Virus record (IMG/VR): IMGVR_UViG_3300020112_001004
Coordinates: 32,001-96,000 of that record
Origin: a virus
Taxonomy: Duplodnaviria; Caudoviricetes
Length of the DNA stretch: 64,000 nucleotides
Reading direction: 5' to 3' (one strand)
The notes under the pieces are model-generated. The model did not search any database. It was given only the letters and a program-made list of their open reading frames with translations, and was not told the DNA's origin. The translations under genes were made by a program, and so were the position numbers. Shown in pieces: positions 57,010-64,000 of this stretch; position 1 is the stretch's first letter; every line of letters starts with the position of its first letter.

Positions 57010-58233
57010 TTATTGTCCTAAATATTTGTTCATAAACTCCCAACCAGTTTCATTTTTAGTTGGTTGTTTACCATTAGAATTATCATCTAATGGAGCACAA
57101 GAAAAATGTTTAGAGTTGTTTTTCTTTTCTTTTTTGTTTAATACAATGTTATTATCGAAACAGAATATTTTTATGTTTCTAATTAACTCTTCTAAATCAG
57201 TGTTGTATTTATCTTTGACTAAGTCTTTATACTCTTCATAAGATTCTAATTCTGCGTATTTTTCTAAAGCTTTGTCAACTTCTTCCATATGAGCCTTGTC
57301 TTCGACCTCTTTTTTAAATTGTTTTAAGGATTCATTTTCAGACTCCATTGCAGAAAATTTTTCTTTTAAATCCTCAAAAGAAACTTTTAAATCTTCATTT
57401 TCTTTTATAACTGCATCAAATTTAACTAGTAAATCGTTATATTTATTTTCTAGTTCTGCAAATTTATCCTCTTCTGGTTCTTCATGAGGTTCTTCAACTG
57501 GTTCGTTTTTAGGTTCTTCAGTTGGTTCTTCAACTGGTTCGTTTTTAGGGTCTTCAGTTCCATTTTCTATTCCTTTGTTTTCTTCCACATTGTCACCTCC
57601 TTCTTCGCTAACATTGCAGTAAGCTCTGAAAGCCTCCATTAATTCACTATAATTTTTGTCTTCTGAATATTGATTTGAAGTTCTTATTTTAGCAAGATTA
57701 AAAGCTGGTGTTACGTCTTCTCCAAGAATACATAAAGCTCCAAAATTAAATTCATTCACTTCATAGTAGCCTTCTTCAAAATTATAACTACCATTTTTTA
57801 CTGAAACTTCCATTGACTGATTGCACTTATTATCTTTAACTCTATTAACAGCTTCTGCATATCTTTTCCAAAGATAACAATCAGCCACAAGGTAATCCTC
57901 CTCTTCGCCATTATCTGCCATTCTGCCCTCCCAACGAGCAGTGTCTGAAATAACAACCCCAAAAGGAACTGTGTTAACAACTTCCTCGAATTCATCACGA
58001 GTAATTCTATATTCTATTCCGTGGTCACCAAAGTCTCCATCTTTAAATACTCCAATTACTGGTGCGTAGTTAAGAGTGCTTTTAGCTCCCTCAACACCTT
58101 TTTTTACAAACTTAGTACCATTAGCTACTTGGTCACAAGACATAATGTCTACAGTGCATTTTAGAAACTCTTCATTAACTTTTTCTTCTGTAAAGCTTAT
58201 TTTTACTGGTATTTTCTTGTTTGAATCTTCCAT
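57010..58233 (-). CDS. Prohead protease/scaffold protein
   Basis: NGTKF, PVIG, T.PFG, LWKRY, QSMEV, F.ALCILG..V.PAF; acidic PE repeats and coiled-coil scaffold. Confidence 0.75.
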   Translation of the reverse strand: MEDSNKKIPVKISFTEEKVNEEFLKCTVDIMSCDQVANGTKFVKKGVEGAKSTLNYAPVIGVFKDGDFGDHGIEYRITRDEFEEVVNTVPFGVVISDTARWEGRMADNGEEEDYLVADCYLWKRYAEAVNRVKDNKCNQSMEVSVKNGSYNFEEGYYEVNEFNFGALCILGEDVTPAFNLAKIRTSNQYSEDKNYSELMEAFRAYCNVSEEGGDNVEENKGIENGTEDPKNEPVEEPTEEPKNEPVEEPHEEPEEDKFAELENKYNDLLVKFDAVIKENEDLKVSFEDLKEKFSAMESENESLKQFKKEVEDKAHMEEVDKALEKYAELESYEEYKDLVKDKYNTDLEELIRNIKIFCFDNNIVLNKKEKKNNSKHFSCAPLDDNSNGKQPTKNETGWEFMNKYLGQ

Positions 58234-58246
58234 TTTTTCACCCCCT

Positions 58247-58423
58247 TTAAAAATATAGTTTATTAGTTATGTGGTAATTAATATCTAAGTTTTCATAGTT
58301 GTATTTTTTATTAAACTCGAAAACAAAAATATTTTTACCATCGTGTTTTGCTACACATAAAAGCAAGAAACCTTTATCAAGCAAAACTTGTTTCTCTTCT
58401 TCTTTAAAAACATATAAGAACAT
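58247..58423 (-). CDS. Small hypothetical protein (58 aa) missed by ORF track
   Basis: MFLYVFKEEEKQVLLDKGFLLL...TNKLYF fills the portal-protease gap. Confidence 0.6.
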   Translation of the reverse strand: MFLYVFKEEEKQVLLDKGFLLLCVAKHDGKNIFVFEFNKKYNYENLDINYHITNKLYF

Positions 58424-58435
58424 AAATTTCCATCC

Positions 58436-59974
58436 TTACTTACTATCTCTCTTCTTTTGCCCTTCTGTAGATAGCTTACTAGCATCTTTCTCTGGTCTAC
58501 CCTCTCCACCTTCTTCATTATCTCCAGATTGGACATTGGCAGAGTTTAAAGGTTTCCATGTTTCTGTTATTTGTAATAATTCATTCTCTAAGAAACTATA
58601 TCCTTCTAATTCTACTTGACTTGTTCCAGATAGTTCTGCTAATTTAATCTTACTACCAGCTACCCCGTACTGAGCCTCTTTAAGTAGTGTTTCTCTTTCT
58701 TTTGCTACAGAATAGTTAGTAACCTTCATTAAATCTACTAATACTCTTTTGTCAAATTTTATTTTAAATTTCTTTTTTAACCATCTTTCTAGTTGGTCAT
58801 AAACCTTTAATAATCTATCAGAATCTATCTTGTTAGATATTTCTACTGTTCCAGCCACACTAGCACTTTTACCAAAATTCACACCGGCAATACCAGAGCT
58901 AGAATAAATATTATTTTCTGCTTCTAATATGTCATTTTTCGCCCCAACTGTACTCCCAGCAAATTGCAAATCTTTAACTTCTGTAGCTGTTAGAAAAGCA
59001 CCTATTCCAGCAGGTAGGTTGTCTATTAAAGCAGAATAAAAATCGTAAGCAGTGTCTGGAGAAACGGCGAAATCATCAACTTTATTACTGTTGTTTAACA
59101 TAGGGATTTTTAAAGCTATTAGTTTATAAGCCTCCATTTCCTTGTTAGCCAAACCTAAATCTTTATATTTTTGTAAATCTACTATATCGTTATATAAGGA
59201 AGCGAAAGGTGGAAATACAAAAGGTAATGTTTCATTCCATTTTATACAAATAGAAGTTTCGTGGTTGATTTGTTGCCATCTATTAGTTAACATATTTTCT
59301 CTATATTTATTAAATTTTTGCTTAAACTCGTCTGGGTACGATTCTAATACTTTTGCATTAATCATACTATCTTCAATAGTTCCTGCGCTTCTTATAGAGC
59401 CTTTTGCCTCGTCTGATACTCTCACATTCAAGAAATAACTAAAGTCAAAAGCAAAAGCGAAACAGCCATCTACTATACCAACAATCTTACAATAATCTGG
59501 GTCTAATCTTCTTATAAAATAACTATTCTTATCTTCCACCTCTATTCCATAGAACACATCTTCTTTAAGACAATGAGAGATAATTTGAGTAAATTCGTGT
59601 TGAATATTCATTTTTTGTATTAAATTAACCCCTTCGTTATAGTCGCTTTTAACTCTTTTTAAATTGCTATTTGAGTATGCTGACATGTTTGGGACTACTA
59701 AGGCATGAAAGTTACACAATCCTGTAAAATAATTTAATATAGATTCATATTGTGGTGATATTGTTAATAGTTTTGTTGACAACGCTCTTAATAAGCTCTC
59801 AAATTTAGTTGGATTATCAAGGTATCGAATAACATCTTCTTGAGTGAAACTTTTTCCACACATATGTCTAGTATTTTTTACAATAGCATTATCAGATAGT
59901 GTTTGTTTAAGTTTACGAGTGAATTTTTCATACATAAGTCTTTTTTGTTCTTGTTCAGAATTTTGTTGCTCCAC
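58436..59974 (-). CDS. Portal protein
   Basis: 512 aa directly after terL; LDPDYCKI, FAFDFSYF, C-terminal GRP. Confidence 0.75.
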   Translation of the reverse strand: MEQQNSEQEQKRLMYEKFTRKLKQTLSDNAIVKNTRHMCGKSFTQEDVIRYLDNPTKFESLLRALSTKLLTISPQYESILNYFTGLCNFHALVVPNMSAYSNSNLKRVKSDYNEGVNLIQKMNIQHEFTQIISHCLKEDVFYGIEVEDKNSYFIRRLDPDYCKIVGIVDGCFAFAFDFSYFLNVRVSDEAKGSIRSAGTIEDSMINAKVLESYPDEFKQKFNKYRENMLTNRWQQINHETSICIKWNETLPFVFPPFASLYNDIVDLQKYKDLGLANKEMEAYKLIALKIPMLNNSNKVDDFAVSPDTAYDFYSALIDNLPAGIGAFLTATEVKDLQFAGSTVGAKNDILEAENNIYSSSGIAGVNFGKSASVAGTVEISNKIDSDRLLKVYDQLERWLKKKFKIKFDKRVLVDLMKVTNYSVAKERETLLKEAQYGVAGSKIKLAELSGTSQVELEGYSFLENELLQITETWKPLNSANVQSGDNEEGGEGRPEKDASKLSTEGQKKRDSK

Positions 59975-59991
59975 GGTTTCACCCCTTTTTC

Positions 59992-62979
59992 TTATATTCT
60001 AGAATTTCTAGTTGGAGCTCTAAATTGTAATAATTTAGATATATCTTTCTTTTTGTCTGGTTTGTTTCTAATTTGTCCTTGGCGTACATTTGCCAAGTAA
60101 AAACAAAGTAAAGCTAGTACAAAACAACGGTCATCGTGGTACTTACGTTTCTCTGGTGGATATTGGTAAGTATGACCTGTATTTGTTGGATTATCTACCC
60201 TTTGCATCATATAAGCTTCCTCTTTAGCTAAATCAATATTTTTTAATGCTAGTGCTTCTTCAAAAGCAAGGGTATGTTTATGGTAAACGACTTCTCCATC
60301 TTTCTCTTCTGGTATCATGATATAGTCTTTGGTTTCATCAAATTCACTAGTGAACTCAACTAATCCTAAATTTATCATTTCGATTGCTTTATCAAACATT
60401 TCTGTCCTATATTTTCTAGGGTCTACCACCCATAGTTTTTCTGATGCGTTCGGGAATCTATGAAGATATTCCTCACTATATTGAGGGTCTATTATTCCCT
60501 TATGTTTAATTCCGTTGGCGTCTTCCCAATCTTCCATAAAGTAATCTGGTATAATAGTTCCTCCACCACCTGCTCCAGCATCTACCATAAGAATTTCCAA
60601 ATTTTCATAGTCTGCATAACCTTCACCGTTGTAGTCTAGTATCATTTTTTTAATATATGCTGTTTGCTCTGGTGAACGCATTGGTGTTTTATTCTTCAAT
60701 CCTATATCTACTAAAGACACAAAGTTTTGTATTCTTAGTTTTGTGCCTAACACTTCGTCTTCTATTAATTCTGCTACTCCAACAATAGAGTTATCGTTTG
60801 TTCTAGCTGGGTCATATGCCATGATTATTCTTCTTTTCTCGTTGCCCTCATTGATTAACATTGGTGGTCTAATTGCGCTATTACGCATTATTACTGAACG
60901 CTTAAAAGGGTAATCATTACCACCTTCTGTAGTAAACTTGTTATAGTATTCTCGTCTCGCCTTTTCTGGGTTGGCTTTCATTGCATGGTCAACCTTATCT
61001 TGAGTAAGTAATGGCACTGCTAAATTTTTACCATGATTGGTCGCCCCTATAACCATATCACATGATATATCTGCGACAAAATAACTAGGGTTTCCCATTA
61101 GCATCTCTTTAGCACAGTTCTTATACATACTGAAAAAATGTGTATCGGTCGAAGAGGCTGAAGAACAATACAATATTTGGTTAGGTAACATTTTTGGAAT
61201 AGTTCCGTTGTCTATACCTTTACCCATTTTAAAACTGGCATTTTGAGTGCAAAACGCTTCAGTAACAAGGCAATATTCCTCGCTTAAAAACCCAGCCTCG
61301 TCGTAAACGTTTAGTTGAGAACGCTTCAATTTGTTATCTCACTAGCTTTTTATCTAGTGATTCTTATGATTGTATTTCTCATAAGTTCGGCATATCTTTT
61401 CACCTTTGGCATTATCCATTAAGGGACGGGGACTCGTGGGCGTGTTATATTCTATTAAATAGTTTCAACGCCTATGCTCTGCACGTGTTACTAATATTAC
61501 TTAATAACTTCCGTTCTGATTAGCATTTCAGCTTTCCAGATTTTTCCCCGTTTTAATTTAACTATACATTTCTGTATAGAGAGGCAATACGTTCTTCTAA
61601 ATTATATTCTTTATAGTAAAATAATTTTTTTTCATGTTTCCTGTCTAAATAAACTGAAGAATCTTTATAAATATATTCTAAAAACTCATGTGTGTTTTTT
61701 AATCCACCTATTCTTAGTCTATAATGATTTTTTTCTTGACATATATAAGATTTTATTCCTGCTTCGTACAAGATTTTTCTCAGTTGACCAACAAAATCTA
61801 TACTACCACAAGCAAAGTCAGCTTTTATGACATCTTGTGTGCAATTTTTAGACCTAGTTTTATCATGCGTTAAACATCCATCTCCATCAAAAAATCCTCT
61901 TATAAAATGTCTCATTAACTCTTTCGGAATGTTTGGTAAATCTATCACTTTAGATTTGTTTGGCATCACCCCTTGGTTTACTAGGTGTTCTACAAACTGC
62001 TTTTTATGAATTTTTAAACAACACGTTTCATAGTCTTTATTTGTTACTTCTAAATGTCTTACTCTTCTTGTAGTATTAAAATTCCCATGTATAGATTTAT
62101 TAAATTTTTTAAGATGATTTTCATCAACTGCTGATAGTTCGATGCCTAGAGTTCCACCTTTGCCAACCGAATATTCAACATATCCATCAGCATAAATAAA
62201 TCCTAGCCAATAAGCTTTCTCTTCATTGTTTATATTTTCAAAATAATCTAAATCACAGGTATATTTAGTGCTTTTAAGTCCAAGCTTGTTCGCCTTAGTA
62301 TCTATTGCACTTTTTGTCCTTCCAATTAATTCCCCTAATTGTTTATTTGTCATTTCACCATAATATTTTTTTAATATATTTATTTCTTCTTCAGTCCATT
62401 GTGTACGCATTAAAAATTTCCTCCTTTTGATTTAATCTAATTAATACGATATTTTTTAAAATAATCTTTACCTCTTAAATTCGTCTCGTCTCCGGAGCAA
62501 GTGGTAACACTACTACCATTAAACAATTTGAACGTAAACCCACTTGGGGCATGAATAAAACCATTCCCGTTTACTGATGGTTGTACCTGTTGAATCATAA
62601 AATCAGTCAAACCCACCATTGACTCTATTTGCCTTAAAGCCATCTTTTCCATCTTCAAAAATGTATCTTGTGATTGTTGTGCTGTAACAGAAAGAATATA
62701 AGAAGTAAAATTAGGGAACAGTAACATTTTAGTAAATGTAAAAGGTGCGATATAGAACGACTTACCCCCGTTTCTCGACATCGTTATACAACTAAATTGT
62801 TTATTCCAACTTTCAGCAAAACAATATCTTTGATAATCAAGGAATTCTATCCCTATTACTTCTTCGGCAAAAAGAACTGGGTTCTTTCTTCCCCACTGTA
62901 TTAAATTGCCATATTTATCGTAAGCTTCTTTTTTCTTTTGCGATAATTCTAAATCTGTTTTTCTAACATAAAAGTCCAT
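59992..62979 (-). CDS. terL: Terminase large subunit, two exons (62979-62470, 61326-59992), 614 aa
   Basis: SRNGGKS Walker A in exon 1; junction NLRG|KRSQLNVYDEAG restores Walker B context; YDPAR and HDDR nuclease motifs. Confidence 0.92.
61327..62469 (-). mobile_element. Group I intron in terL (1143 nt) with LAGLIDADG ORF in the P1 loop
   Basis: Exon AGAGGU pairs with GCCUCU near the ORF end; P7 GCAUA/UAUGC; terminal G. Confidence 0.9.
61562..62410 (-). CDS. LAGLIDADG homing endonuclease with N-terminal HTH
   Basis: AYWLGFIYADG and FIRGFFDGDG motifs; WTEEE..L..GRT N-domain. Confidence 0.9.
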   Translation of the reverse strand: MRTQWTEEEINILKKYYGEMTNKQLGELIGRTKSAIDTKANKLGLKSTKYTCDLDYFENINNEEKAYWLGFIYADGYVEYSVGKGGTLGIELSAVDENHLKKFNKSIHGNFNTTRRVRHLEVTNKDYETCCLKIHKKQFVEHLVNQGVMPNKSKVIDLPNIPKELMRHFIRGFFDGDGCLTHDKTRSKNCTQDVIKADFACGSIDFVGQLRKILYEAGIKSYICQEKNHYRLRIGGLKNTHEFLEYIYKDSSVYLDRKHEKKLFYYKEYNLEERIASLYRNV

Positions 62980-63154
62980 AGATACTAACCATCCCCTTCC
63001 TGTGCATAAATTTATATAAAATTTTTATATACGCAAAAAAATCGTGATATAATCACGATTACTATATGTATTGGGGATTGCTCCCCTCAAAAAAATCAAG
63101 AATGGTACAGGTACCCTCTTGATAAAAACATAGTGTTTTTGTTCACCTTTACTA

Positions 63155-64000
63155 TTAGCATCCACCAAATTCTACAAACCCAGCTTTAATCTCTTGGTCG
63201 TTTTCATATATTATAAAATACATACCGTTCTCTTTCTTTAAAACTGTAGCCGTTTTATGTGGTGGTAAAGTGTCTATATGTCCTGCTTTATTATTATCTC
63301 CATAAACTTTTTCTACTGAGCCACCATTTATCCATTTATCTTTATTTATTAAAGATATATTGCTATCACAAGGGATAAAGCCTGTGATACCATTAACTTC
63401 AACAAGCATCATTTTTAACTCATTGCTAAAGTCTTTTATTTTAATTTTGTCTCCTTTTTTTATGTTACCTAATACACTGCTTCTATCTATAGTAACTAAA
63501 CTCATATCAACGTCAGCTATTGCGTTGTAATTTTCCTCAACAACAGGTTTCTCGGCGTTTACTGTGACACTATCAAAATCAACCCCTGTCACTGCTTTGA
63601 ATATAGCCCTTGCAACAACCTCTTTATTGTATTTTCCCATGTCTGATTTTGAATCAACAAAAGCTATCTCCATTAACACGCAAGAATTGTTTGTTTTTCT
63701 TGGTACATATAAACTGTTTCCAGATACTTTAACCCCTCTGTTTTTATATCCAGTAGCCTTAACCATTTCTGATTGTAATTGTCTGGCAAACTGTTCAGCA
63801 TTTCCACCATTTGCATATATCCATTGCTCAGTGCCTTCTCCCCCACCAGCATTAAAGTGTATGCAAAGATGTAGTTTAGCATTATAAGAGTTTGCAAGTG
63901 CTACTTCTTTTTGTAGTTGAGAGTTTACAGAATAGCTACCATTTGGAGGTGTACAATCTTTTGCGTTATAACCTTTTTCTCTTAGCATTTGTACTATTCT
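63155..64000 (-). CDS. N-acetylmuramoyl-L-alanine amidase endolysin (5' end outside window)
   Basis: CIHFNAGGGEGTE, NRGVK, LYV, LMEIAFVDS (Amidase_3); SH3-like C-terminus. Confidence 0.9.
   Translation of the reverse strand, partial: RIVQMLREKGYNAKDCTPPNGSYSVNSQLQKEVALANSYNAKLHLCIHFNAGGGEGTEQWIYANGGNAEQFARQLQSEMVKATGYKNRGVKVSGNSLYVPRKTNNSCVLMEIAFVDSKSDMGKYNKEVVARAIFKAVTGVDFDSVTVNAEKPVVEENYNAIADVDMSLVTIDRSSVLGNIKKGDKIKIKDFSNELKMMLVEVNGITGFIPCDSNISLINKDKWINGGSVEKVYGDNNKAGHIDTLPPHKTATVLKKENGMYFIIYENDQEIKAGFVEFGGC

Noticed and set aside
45726-62469. Group II introns or inteins
   Set aside because: No GUGYG/AY ends or RT ORF; the interruptions contain stop codons and follow the U|...G rule.
1-64000. 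tRNA or rRNA genes
   Set aside because: No cloverleaf or rRNA-like sequence recognised in the intergenic regions by eye.

Overview
Low-GC, gene-dense segment of a large tailed-phage (or prophage) genome, most likely a Clostridium/Firmicute siphovirus with an SPbeta/c-st-like layout (host and family are inferred). The left arm (1-25.4 kb, + strand) carries DNA and nucleotide metabolism genes: FolD, RecD2-like helicase, NrdD/NrdG, ATP-dependent ligase, Mom-like modifier, ThyX-like protein, RNase H, separated topoisomerase II subunits, a GT2 glycosyltransferase and an orphan type III Mod methylase. The right arm (25.4-64 kb, - strand) is the late operon: endolysin, terminase, portal, head and tail genes, holins, and a distal cluster of subtilisin and beta-helix proteins. 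Main findings read from the sequence: (1) the tape-measure gene is split into six exons by five group I introns and splices by hand to a continuous 1772-aa ORF, and the terminase gene carries a sixth intron; (2) a recurring intergenic element, GC stem-loop + 1-2 nt + TACATA, usually followed by a second stem-loop, occurs at about 16 gene junctions in both arms, alongside a fixed-spacing GTAAC-N19-ATAATATAATATAA promoter-like motif; (3) a dispersed family of about 150-aa unknown proteins shares a C-terminal D-hydrophobic-hydrophobic-L-E-x-M-L tail; (4) late proteins show domain shuffling, placing a protease or a beta-helix domain behind the same N-terminal module. All calls come from motif recognition and manual reading; no searches were run.
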